In this document: in pieces, positions 31,201 to 39,929 of the stretch | Layout of the letters: every line of letters begins with the position of its first letter | Position numbering within the stretch: position 1 is the first letter of the stretch | Origin: a virus | DNA: 64,000 nucleotides | Reading direction: 5' to 3' (one strand) | IMG/VR virus record: IMGVR_UViG_3300042923_000619 | Coordinates: 64,001 to 128,000 of that record | Translations under genes and position numbers: made by a program | The notes under the pieces: model-generated | Database searches by the model: none | Told to the model about the DNA's origin: nothing | The model's input: the letters and a program-made list of their open reading frames with translations, nothing else

Positions 31201-32187
31201 TCATCTTTCTTCTTTTATTAATTCAATTAGGTTTTCTTTTTCTTGCTCTAATAGTTTCAATTTTTCTAAATCTATTATTGTTCTTTCTTTTAATTTATTT
31301 ATATTTGTTATTTTCTTGCTAATAGATATTTGTAAATTGATTAACTCTTTATATTTGTTACTTACTTTATAATATCCATTTTTCTCTCTATCTTTTCTTA
31401 GTCTTTCTAATAATATATCTTCATTCCCATATGGAGTATAAAACATTACTCCATTTCTTATTGATTCTTTCCCATTTTTATCAACCTTATATCCTGCATA
31501 GTCAAAGCTGAATATCTTCAATTCTTTAAATATACTGTTATATTTGACTATTGTGTTTTTAGATTTGATTTTGCATATATTGGCTATATTATCTAATTTA
31601 GGATAGTCACATAAATAATCTTCACATTTATTATCTTTATTAATACAACTACATATGTATAAATATTGTTTTATTAAATAATATAAATCAACTTCATTAG
31701 ATATTGAATATTTTACCAATTTATCAATATCTAAATCACAAAATATACAAAAATCTCCATCCATATGATTGATTAATTGTCCATATATCATATCATTTGC
31801 TTTTAATTTATTCAAGTCTTTAATAGTATAATCATCATTTAAATATATTTTATCCTTAAAATGCATTTGCTCTTCATCTTTTAGTAGTTGTAATGTGTCA
31901 ATTATCAGTTTGTTCATTCTTGTATTGTAAGTTATCCCTAAATTATCACATATAGAATTTATATTGAACATACAGGTATCTTTACTACTTCTAGTCATAT
32001 AAACCATACATGCTATTGTTAGTTGTTTTTCGTTCAATATACAATCTTCACCATCTACTTCTTTTATAAATATATTTGGTATTAATGTAAATGGTTTATT
32101 ATTAAATATATTATCTATTTTTCTTTCATCCAAAACTCTCCCTCCTTCCTCAACTCCTATACTACCATAATATTCTAAATAATGCAA
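31201..32187 (-). CDS. Tandem winged-helix protein, initiator-like; paralog of 50168..51085
   Basis: YP.L..IA....I.S..TI.KY HTH pattern; likely true start is TTG at 32133 after GGAGG. Confidence 0.6.
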   Translation of the reverse strand: MHYLEYYGSIGVEEGGRVLDERKIDNIFNNKPFTLIPNIFIKEVDGEDCILNEKQLTIACMVYMTRSSKDTCMFNINSICDNLGITYNTRMNKLIIDTLQLLKDEEQMHFKDKIYLNDDYTIKDLNKLKANDMIYGQLINHMDGDFCIFCDLDIDKLVKYSISNEVDLYYLIKQYLYICSCINKDNKCEDYLCDYPKLDNIANICKIKSKNTIVKYNSIFKELKIFSFDYAGYKVDKNGKESIRNGVMFYTPYGNEDILLERLRKDREKNGYYKVSNKYKELINLQISISKKITNINKLKERTIIDLEKLKLLEQEKENLIELIKEER

Positions 32188-32231
32188 TAGTATTTCTATT
32201 AATTTATTTGCATCCTAGAATTTACCTCCAG

Positions 32232-32489
32232 TTATATTTTAAATAATAGCCATTTCATATCTTCAACTATATATTTCAATTGATACAACTTCTCTATTCC
32301 ATCAATTACACTTTGACAATCAAATATTAATGCAATGTTTCCACATAATTTTTCACTAGTCTTAGATATAACTTTATCAACCTTAATTACTTTATAATTA
32401 TCTTTCTCTTGCATTTTAAATTTCAAAGGTGTAATCCCTTGTTTTGAAAAGTGACATATAACTTCTATCTCTTTAGCAACTACTTTCAT
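32232..32489 (-). CDS. Conserved small clostridial protein, probably SOS-regulated (YolD/UmuD-like role inferred)
   Basis: MKVVAK.IE.I..F...LCGN....F.CQS.I.G.E..Y.LKY...WLLFKI family, recalled as often near dinB; LexA-type box next to its -10. Confidence 0.55.
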   Translation of the reverse strand: MKVVAKEIEVICHFSKQGITPLKFKMQEKDNYKVIKVDKVISKTSEKLCGNIALIFDCQSVIDGIEKLYQLKYIVEDMKWLLFKI

Positions 32490-32505
32490 TTTACTTTCTC
32501 CTTTA

Positions 32506-32519
32506 CGAATGTATGTTTG
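32506..32519. promoter_or_regulatory. LexA-type box
   Basis: CGAATGTATGTTTG, one mismatch to GAAC-N4-GTTY, between TGATATAAT and the RBS. Confidence 0.6.
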
Positions 32520-32761
32520 TATTATATCACATTGTTATAGAAATTGAACTGAATAATTTTAAACACAAAAAAGAAGTCATATTTCTATGACCTCATGCAT
32601 ATATTTATAATACTTGTTTTATACTACTTATCAGCCCTATACAGACATTTTATATTTAGACGATAACTTATACCTTAAAATGGTTACAAGGACAAACTTG
32701 AGGGATATTTTGAGTTTCTGTTAAACAATTTTATACAAAGCTATTTCGAATATAAATTTAT

Positions 32762-32832
32762 CTGTGACATTCAATTCAAACAGTGTGACATGTAATCTAA
32801 AAATTATAAAATATTACACTGTGACTTTGAAA
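32762..32832. repeat. Iteron copies downstream of rep
   Basis: CTGTGACATTCAAT (32762), GTGTGACATGTAAT (32783), CTGTGACTTTGAAA (32819). Confidence 0.75.
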
Positions 32833-34014
32833 CTAAATTTCTATTTCAAAGTCTTTAACATCATATCTATTATAAGGTAATCCAGCTTGGGTATATCTTA
32901 ATAAATCGTCTACTAATCCTCTATTATATCTATCATCTACATATCTAAGCATAGCCGAAATATATGAACTAGTATCCATTTTAACAAATTTATTTATATC
33001 TTCATAAGTAACACCGATCTCCCTTAATCTAGCTACAATTTCTGCATCAGTCTTATATTTATCTAATCCTTTTGATTTGATTTTTCCTGTGACATTGAAT
33101 ATAAATATTATTCCTTCACCAACTTTAAACACATAATCTTGAATAAATTTAATATTTTTAAGTTCTTCTAACGCCTTTTTAAATTCTCCATTATAATAAT
33201 ATTCAGTTTTCTTATCTGGAATATCTATACCCACATAGTCATATATCGTCTGCATTGTAATATATTTCTCATACGAAGATGACCATTGAGTTAAAATGAG
33301 TAATAATTTTTTTGCTATATTACTTTTTAATTGAATATATTTTTCATGGTCATACAATTTAAAGTAATTACTACACATATTGTTATAAAAGAAATCATCT
33401 ATTTCTATACTTTGACTTTCTTCTATTTGCTTAGGACTAGCCAATTTACTATTATTAATTTTCTGTTCTTCTACCGAGTAAGATTGAAAGTCACACAGAA
33501 TACCACAACTTTTACTGCCTTTAAAGGTTTTTACATATTGACCTTCTTCTTGATTTCTAAAAGCAAAAGTACTATAAATAGTAGTCTCATTTAATGTATT
33601 AAGAGAATTTTCCAATCTTTCCTTAATACCACTTCCAAAATTCTTAAAACCCATTTCTTTAGCTAATTTTCTATAAGTGAAATGAATTCTTTTTGGAAAA
33701 TCAACTTTATTATCTTTAAGAATATATTGATTATCTATAGATTTAATTAATAATCTAAATAAAGCTAATAATACATCAAGGTCATACATGGTTGGAACAC
33801 CTAGTTCACCACCAACAACTTTTAATCCAACTTCTTGGTCTCCTTTTATCCATTTCCTACTTATTGTCTTTTCTTTCTTCCTCTTTAAACTTATAAATGG
33901 TAATGTCATTAAATTAGATTCATTCATACCTTGAAATGGCTTTATTTTTATTAGTTTTTCATAAGATACTTCTTTTGTGTTTTCTTTTTCTAATAAGTTT
34001 TCCACACTATCCAC
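32833..34014 (-). CDS. Plasmid-type replication initiator (RepA-like winged-helix)
   Basis: NESNL..LPF.SL, P...D.DVLLAL, FTYRKLA..MG, RL..SL..L..T.I; flanked by iterons. Confidence 0.8.
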   Translation of the reverse strand: MDSVENLLEKENTKEVSYEKLIKIKPFQGMNESNLMTLPFISLKRKKEKTISRKWIKGDQEVGLKVVGGELGVPTMYDLDVLLALFRLLIKSIDNQYILKDNKVDFPKRIHFTYRKLAKEMGFKNFGSGIKERLENSLNTLNETTIYSTFAFRNQEEGQYVKTFKGSKSCGILCDFQSYSVEEQKINNSKLASPKQIEESQSIEIDDFFYNNMCSNYFKLYDHEKYIQLKSNIAKKLLLILTQWSSSYEKYITMQTIYDYVGIDIPDKKTEYYYNGEFKKALEELKNIKFIQDYVFKVGEGIIFIFNVTGKIKSKGLDKYKTDAEIVARLREIGVTYEDINKFVKMDTSSYISAMLRYVDDRYNRGLVDDLLRYTQAGLPYNRYDVKDFEIEI

Positions 34015-34028
34015 ATCCTTTGACTTAT

Positions 34029-34040
34029 AAACATATGTTC
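34029..34040. promoter_or_regulatory. LexA-type box upstream of rep
   Basis: AAACATATGTTC (GAAC-ATAT-GTTT on the minus strand). Confidence 0.55.
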
Positions 34041-34041
34041 T

Positions 34042-34286
34042 CTGTGACTTTGAGTTTTAAATACTGTGACATTGAATAGGAATTCCCTGTGACATTCAAT
34101 CTTATCCACAGTGACATTGAATCTAATATACTGTGACATTGAATCTTAAAAATAATTCGATAGTAGTTGATATAACTATTTTTACAAACTTATGTTACAA
34201 CGTTATTTATTTCTTGTATTATCTACATTATGTCTATTATTACAACGTAAGGATACCATAAAAACTATTCCTATTCAATGTCACAG
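34042..34286. repeat. Iteron origin: five direct CTGTGACATTGAAT-type repeats, a DnaA box and one inverted copy
   Basis: Starts at 34042, 34064, 34087, 34109 and 34131 (22-23 bp period); TTATCCACA at 34102-34110; inverted copy at 34273-34286; AT-rich segment between. Confidence 0.85.
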
Positions 34287-34489
34287 GGAAAGATATAAAT
34301 ATTTTTATAAAATCATGTCAAAATCTTTATATCTATTTTAACCCACCTATCACGTCCATAGACAAGCCAAATCTTTAAACGATAACTTTATTAACTAAAC
34401 TTCCATCTCTATTCCTACGACCTATCAGATGAATAGAATTTAATTCCTATTGCGACAATATGTTCTTTATGTTGAGTTATTAATAGTCA

Positions 34490-35113
34490 TTAATTCTTTT
34501 TACCGAATAATCTGCTAAATAAGCCTTGATGTTGATTTTGTTCTTCATATTCTTTTTTTCGTTGCTCCATAGATTGTTTTAAAGAATCCATTTTACTATT
34601 TAATTCTTGTGTAATTGACATTTCTTCTTTAATTTCCTTAATTTCATTACTTAAATCTATTTGATTATTATGCATAGTATTTATTATTTCTAATGTTTTA
34701 TTTCCATGTTCAATCAACTTTTCAATTTTTTCATTTTGTTGATTTAACATTTGATTTTGACTGTTTAAAACTCTTATTAAAAAATCAGCAAAAGATTGAT
34801 TACTAATATCTATTTCTTGTTTTTCTTTATGAAATAATACCTCTTGTTTATGAGAATTAAGGTATTTGCGAATTTCATTTGTATCCATTCCTAGATACAT
34901 ATTTAATTCTTTTATTTTTCTTAGGTTATCTATATCTTCTTGTTCAAATACTTGATACATTCCAATTGAAGTAATATTTAAAAAATCATTTAGTTTTTCA
35001 AAATAAAAGATAATACGAGATTGTTCAAGTTCTAATATATTAGAAACATCATCAATTGTATAGTATTTTCTATTTTCTTCTTTGTAAAAAACTTCTATTG
35101 GTTCATCATCCAT
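34490..35113 (-). CDS. tubY: TubY-like partition regulator (MerR-type HTH, coiled coil, amphipathic tail)
   Basis: N-terminal YYTIDDVS..L HTH; C-terminal GLFSRLFGKK; lies downstream of tubZ. Confidence 0.75.
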   Translation of the reverse strand: MDDEPIEVFYKEENRKYYTIDDVSNILELEQSRIIFYFEKLNDFLNITSIGMYQVFEQEDIDNLRKIKELNMYLGMDTNEIRKYLNSHKQEVLFHKEKQEIDISNQSFADFLIRVLNSQNQMLNQQNEKIEKLIEHGNKTLEIINTMHNNQIDLSNEIKEIKEEMSITQELNSKMDSLKQSMEQRKKEYEEQNQHQGLFSRLFGKKN

Positions 35114-35159
35114 TGTTATACCTCCAGTGATATAGAAATAAGGGGAATATCCCCTTATA

Positions 35160-36323
35160 TTATCTCTTAAATAAATTCTTTTTCATAGTTTTTTTAACAA
35201 CTTTATTTCCTTTTGTGCTTATATTTTCATCATTTACTTCAATCTTATGTTCTACTTGTGTCTCAGATATAGGTGTTTGTTTGTTTATTTTAAATTTACT
35301 AAAATCTAATTCATTTTGTATCGAAGAATGTTTTTTTCTATCTTCAAGTTCATGTTCAATCAATTTTATTGAATTAATTGGAGGAAAACATCCACTTACA
35401 AGCAATATATTTCTATCTGAATTTATACCAGTATAAGTTTCTTTTGATGGTATATAAAGTTTGTCTATATAATCCTTATTATAATTCTCATTTACAAATG
35501 ATATTCCTAAATATCCACATTTTACAGACTTTGTTCCATCTTCAAGAACTTCTGTATTATTCTCATCTCTATATATTTTAGCCAATATACTATTTTTTTC
35601 TGCTTTTATCATAGCAACCTCAATACTACTACAATCATTTGGAATATCATAAAAATATAAGCAACCTTTATCTTTAAGTACATTGCTTAGATTTCCATTA
35701 TCAAATTTAATACCATTTATTGCAGGAATTTCAAATATTGAATCAAATGTTTCTGAAAATTTTTCATTTATTTTTAACTCTTTATCATTTTCATCAATAA
35801 CTTCACTAATTTGAGCGTCATTGTTAATAAACATCATACTGTTTATACAAGGATTTTCAAGAATTTCGTCCCAGGTATTTATTGCATTTTTTAATATTAC
35901 TTCTGGTGATTTTAAACTTGGAAGAATACCAACAACATTTATTGTCTTATCAAAGTCTCCATCTAATTTCATTGCACTTATAGCTCTTAAAAGAACACTT
36001 AATATGGCACTGCCACTACCACCACCCATGCTTGAAACGAAGTATATGGTATCTTGTTGATATCTATAAAGTAAATCTATGATATTATATCCTCTTTGTT
36101 CTGCATATTCTTTGCCTAAATCCCTATCTCTTCCAACTCCATTTTGAGTACTTATACAATAATAATTCTTGATAGTGTCATTAAAATTATTTAAACTTTG
36201 CAAATCAGTTATACTTGTATTAACAAATAGTCCTTGGAATCTAGCATCAACATCAAGAATGGAATCGACTAAACGTCCTCCTGCTCCACCTAACCCTACA
36301 AAAAGTATATCATCTCTATTCAT
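35160..36323 (-). CDS. tubZ: TubZ tubulin/FtsZ-like partition GTPase
   Basis: GLGGAGG, G.GRDRDLG and SMGGGSGS tubulin signature; start at MNRDD after GGAGG. Confidence 0.9.
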   Translation of the reverse strand: MNRDDILFVGLGGAGGRLVDSILDVDARFQGLFVNTSITDLQSLNNFNDTIKNYYCISTQNGVGRDRDLGKEYAEQRGYNIIDLLYRYQQDTIYFVSSMGGGSGSAILSVLLRAISAMKLDGDFDKTINVVGILPSLKSPEVILKNAINTWDEILENPCINSMMFINNDAQISEVIDENDKELKINEKFSETFDSIFEIPAINGIKFDNGNLSNVLKDKGCLYFYDIPNDCSSIEVAMIKAEKNSILAKIYRDENNTEVLEDGTKSVKCGYLGISFVNENYNKDYIDKLYIPSKETYTGINSDRNILLVSGCFPPINSIKLIEHELEDRKKHSSIQNELDFSKFKINKQTPISETQVEHKIEVNDENISTKGNKVVKKTMKKNLFKR

Positions 36324-36636
36324 TATTAATATCCTCCCCTTCATTTAATTCAACATATTCATATATATCTTCTTTATCTAAAATATTTTCTTGTAAATAT
36401 TTAATTCCATCACTTGATATATAATAAGTTTTTGCTCTAGATTCTTTTATTCCTTCATACACATATCCTAATTGCATCAACTTATTTTGTATCCTTCTTA
36501 CGTATGTGTAATAAGACGATTTAAGTTCAGTATTATCTATTATGTCTTGAATTTTAAATGATTCAATTGGACTTATCTTTTTGTTTACAAATAAAGCATA
36601 TAGTAATTCTATGTCATATTTATCTAAAACCATCAT
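36316..36636 (-). CDS. tubR: TubR-like winged-helix centromere-binding protein
   Basis: Small wHTH overlapping the tubZ start; AGGAGG RBS before MMVLDKY. Confidence 0.7.
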   Translation of the reverse strand: MMVLDKYDIELLYALFVNKKISPIESFKIQDIIDNTELKSSYYTYVRRIQNKLMQLGYVYEGIKESRAKTYYISSDGIKYLQENILDKEDIYEYVELNEGEDINNE

Positions 36637-36715
36637 TGCACCTCCTATACTATATAATAGTATCATTAAATAGAAAATGTTACAATATATAATTTAAAAT
36701 TAATTTAACTTTTAC

Positions 36716-36796
36716 TATCTTATTATTACTTAATTAATTTACTATTAGTTTATATTATATTAGATTGTATATATTCAAATTAGTAATAATAAGATA
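36716..36796. repeat. Perfect 15-bp inverted repeat upstream of tubR (candidate centromere/operator)
   Basis: TATCTTATTATTACT (36716-36730) / AGTAATAATAAGATA (36782-36796). Confidence 0.4.
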
Positions 36797-36903
36797 AAAT
36801 AAACTTAAATACTCTTAACTTCTCACAACTACACATTAATAATAGATAAAAATACAGTAAATTCACGTTTTTAGATTGTTTTTACTCATTTTTATCTAAA
36901 AAA

Positions 36904-36938
36904 TAGCTATTTTATACAAAAAACATATAAAATAGCTA
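36904..36938 (-). terminator. Probable terminator upstream of tubR
   Basis: 13-bp perfect stem TAGCTATTTTATA/TATAAAATAGCTA followed by a T run on the minus strand. Confidence 0.5.
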
Positions 36939-36953
36939 AAAATTTAATAAAAA

Positions 36954-37175
36954 TTAAGAAAATAATGATTTCAAAGCAGTCTCTTTGCTTACTTTATTAA
37001 ATATATTATCTTTTGGTAGATAAAAATTTCCTTTACTATCTACATTAATATAGTTTCTAGTATCATAATGTTTGTATAATGATATATCTCCTTCAGAATA
37101 CATATACATTAAATCCTCCCAAAGTTCTTCAGGAATATATTTTTTCATATTTTCAAAATACTCTTCATGTTCCAT
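36954..37175 (-). CDS. Hypothetical protein
   Basis: 73 aa with GGAG RBS. Confidence 0.5.
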   Translation of the reverse strand: MEHEEYFENMKKYIPEELWEDLMYMYSEGDISLYKHYDTRNYINVDSKGNFYLPKDNIFNKVSKETALKSLFS

Positions 37176-37190
37176 TTATATTTTTCTCCT

Positions 37191-37574
37191 TTATCTTCCT
37201 ATAAGTTGGTCTATAATATCTAAGTTTCTTTTTGTAATATCTTTTGCTTTTAAAGCACTATAAATCATATGTGCATCATTTTTATATTGTTTCTTCTTTG
37301 GGTATTTATATACACTAACTTCTAGATATCTACGTATAGCTAACATTCTTTCTCTAGTAATTTCACCACTTTTAAGTCTATCATGAAAGTGAGAATATAC
37401 TTCATTATATCTCAATTCAACTTTCAATGGTCTTATCTTCTGTTTATTAATATCTTCAATTACCATTTCGGCAGTAATCATAGATTTTGGAATCCTATTT
37501 AATTTAAAAAATCCTAAATGTACGAATATTTTAATTAAAATAGGCAATGCTAATAACATAATTATAGTTTTCAT
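37191..37574 (-). CDS. Hypothetical protein with N-terminal hydrophobic segment
   Basis: 127 aa with RBS. Confidence 0.55.
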   Translation of the reverse strand: MKTIIMLLALPILIKIFVHLGFFKLNRIPKSMITAEMVIEDINKQKIRPLKVELRYNEVYSHFHDRLKSGEITRERMLAIRRYLEVSVYKYPKKKQYKNDAHMIYSALKAKDITKRNLDIIDQLIGR

Positions 37575-37873
37575 ATGTAATCCATCCTTTCAATCGGCAA
37601 ATTGTGTTTTGGAATTACATTAATGATTAACTAGAATCAATCAACATAACTATTTTTCTCCTTTCTGATGTTTTGCATATTGCTTAAGCTTTTGTTTTGT
37701 ATAGTAGTTTGTCTTAAGTAATATGTATTAACTATAAGATTAATAATTGTATAGTATGTTGGTAGTAGGGTAGGGAGATAATATGTTCTCCCTACAAATC
37801 TATATTTGTAAATGTTGGGATTATGGGATTTTTAAATCTCAATATAATAACAGTAAGTAGAAATATAAGAATG

Positions 37874-38455
37874 TTAAAATAAAAAATTATAAATATTACT
37901 ATAGAACAAGTCTGTATATACCACATTAAAGTTAGACGAGTTATATCTAATATCGGATAAGCTAGGTCTTGCTATTATGACAAGTGGAAATGTATTAAAG
38001 CAATCTTTTTGAACTTGTCCAGTTTTACATAATTTTTCATATAGTTGCATTTTTATGTTACTTGTATAATGCGTATAATCAACCTCCAATAAAACGAAAT
38101 GTGCGATATTATTATATTCATATGCAATAAATGCGTCTGGTCTTATTAATCCTTTTAAATAATGTGGTTGAATTTTCAATTCAAGTAAATAGCTATCATT
38201 ATGTTTTTTTATTTGTTTTATAAAGTCATATAACAATAAATCGTGGTCTCTCAACTTCTTTTCTTGATAATATACTTTTTCATTTTTAAATTTACTTATA
38301 TACGATTTCAATAAACCCATATCTTTTAATTGTTTTAATCTACGCCTACAACCCTCATAATTATGATTAAATATTATTTCAGCACATTGATTTACTGTAA
38401 TTGCTTTATATTCTTCAATCCATTTTAAAATTTTCTTGTCTCTTTCTGTGAGCAT
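37874..38455 (-). CDS. Replication-relaxation family protein
   Basis: LT.RD..IL..I......T..Q wHTH plus RPDAF...EVD...KM..Y nuclease-like motif. Confidence 0.75.
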   Translation of the reverse strand: MLTERDKKILKWIEEYKAITVNQCAEIIFNHNYEGCRRRLKQLKDMGLLKSYISKFKNEKVYYQEKKLRDHDLLLYDFIKQIKKHNDSYLLELKIQPHYLKGLIRPDAFIAYEYNNIAHFVLLEVDYTHYTSNIKMQLYEKLCKTGQVQKDCFNTFPLVIIARPSLSDIRYNSSNFNVVYTDLFYSNIYNFLF

Positions 38456-39741
38456 TTTCTATATTCCTCCATTGGTATTGTTCCACTTTTAAATTTATTA
38501 TTGGATGGTTTCACTTTCTCTTGTTTTATATCTTTTTCATTAATATCTACTATACTGTGCTCTTCTAAAGTTAAAATTTGTTTATTTTCCTCATCTATAT
38601 TATTTTTATTATCTGAAGAGTCTTTAACTTTATTTTTCTTTGTTTGAGTAGGGGATGGAACTCTTATCTCAGGAACATATTTATGCAATACCACAAAATC
38701 ATCATCTATAAATGGTACTTTTATAACTTCCTCACCATTGTTTCCACAAATAATACATTCGCCTCTTTTAAGTTTAATTGCATTATTTGAATTAATAACA
38801 TTTTGAGAGTCTATAATTGAATTTTGATGAAATGTGATACGTGTCATTTGACTCTTAACTTGAGGTGATAAATTTTCACATGTTGTTCTTTGAAGAACTC
38901 CAATTATATGAATACCTACAGAGCGTCCAGATTTAACAATAGACCATAATTCATCCCATATAGGTAACAATATTAATTCTGACATTTCTTCACATACTAA
39001 TACAATTCTTTTAATTTTTCTAGTTGGAAAATATTTATTCCATTGATTTATATTTCTAATGCCATGAGATTGAAATAATAGACTTCTTGAATTTATATTG
39101 TCTTTTACCTTGCTTAATACTATATCTAAATCATTAGAATTATAAGCTGTCATCTTAATAGGTTTACAGTCTTCAAAAGATGAAATTTCACCTTTAATTA
39201 ACTGAGTTAAAAATAATTCTATATCTTTTGATGAATTATAAATGAGGTTGGTTAATATACATGATAACAACATTGATTTTCCATATCCTGTTGCCCCTGC
39301 AATTAATATCATTGGATGTAAATCTAAATTAACTAAATAATCTTTTCCTTTAAAATCTTTTCCTATATATAGTTTATTACTAGGACATTTAACAGGTTTG
39401 AATGGAAATTTAGCGATATCTCTATTAACTATTCTCATTGTTATATTTGGTTTAAATTTATCTTTTTCTAAATCTATTATCCCATTTAGATTGTCTTCTA
39501 ATATGTTTAATTTAGAATTTAAATGCTCAATTGATAATCCATTTGGAATATTTATATAACATACATAACCATAGTTAGTTGGTATTATTTTATATATTTT
39601 AAATGATTCTTCTTTTTTGTTTTGTACTCCTATAGATTCCATTATTGAAGTGAATTTGTGTTTTAATTTTTTCTCATCTATTGTGTTTAAATAATTGTAA
39701 GCATATGTTCCTAATACAATTAAACCTAATTCTACAATCAT
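38425..39741 (-). CDS. FtsK/SpoIIIE-family ATPase
   Basis: N-terminal TM segment; Walker A GATGYGKS, Walker B LVCEE, GRSVGIHII..LQR. Confidence 0.85.
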   Translation of the reverse strand: MIVELGLIVLGTYAYNYLNTIDEKKLKHKFTSIMESIGVQNKKEESFKIYKIIPTNYGYVCYINIPNGLSIEHLNSKLNILEDNLNGIIDLEKDKFKPNITMRIVNRDIAKFPFKPVKCPSNKLYIGKDFKGKDYLVNLDLHPMILIAGATGYGKSMLLSCILTNLIYNSSKDIELFLTQLIKGEISSFEDCKPIKMTAYNSNDLDIVLSKVKDNINSRSLLFQSHGIRNINQWNKYFPTRKIKRIVLVCEEMSELILLPIWDELWSIVKSGRSVGIHIIGVLQRTTCENLSPQVKSQMTRITFHQNSIIDSQNVINSNNAIKLKRGECIICGNNGEEVIKVPFIDDDFVVLHKYVPEIRVPSPTQTKKNKVKDSSDNKNNIDEENKQILTLEEHSIVDINEKDIKQEKVKPSNNKFKSGTIPMEEYRKCSQKETRKF

Positions 39742-39929
39742 ATTTTTCTTTTCTTAGAAATAATTGTTTTAGTTTTATTAGGTAGGGTATAGGTTATTAT
39801 ATATGCAATTGTTGAAATGTAAATGATAGCCCCATCCATTGTAGATAAGCAAAATATAGAACCTATATGTTTAAATTGAGAATAAAAGTAATTGATTATT
39901 AGCATATCTAAATTTGATAAGATGTTCAT
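39738..39929 (-). CDS. Small putative membrane protein
   Basis: 63 aa hydrophobic; overlaps the FtsK start; GGAG RBS. Confidence 0.5.
   Translation of the reverse strand: MNILSNLDMLIINYFYSQFKHIGSIFCLSTMDGAIIYISTIAYIITYTLPNKTKTIISKKRKI

Noticed and set aside
34042-34144. Regular repeats as a CRISPR mini-array
   Set aside because: Repeats are 14 bp with 8-9-bp spacers next to rep, which fits iterons; no cas genes
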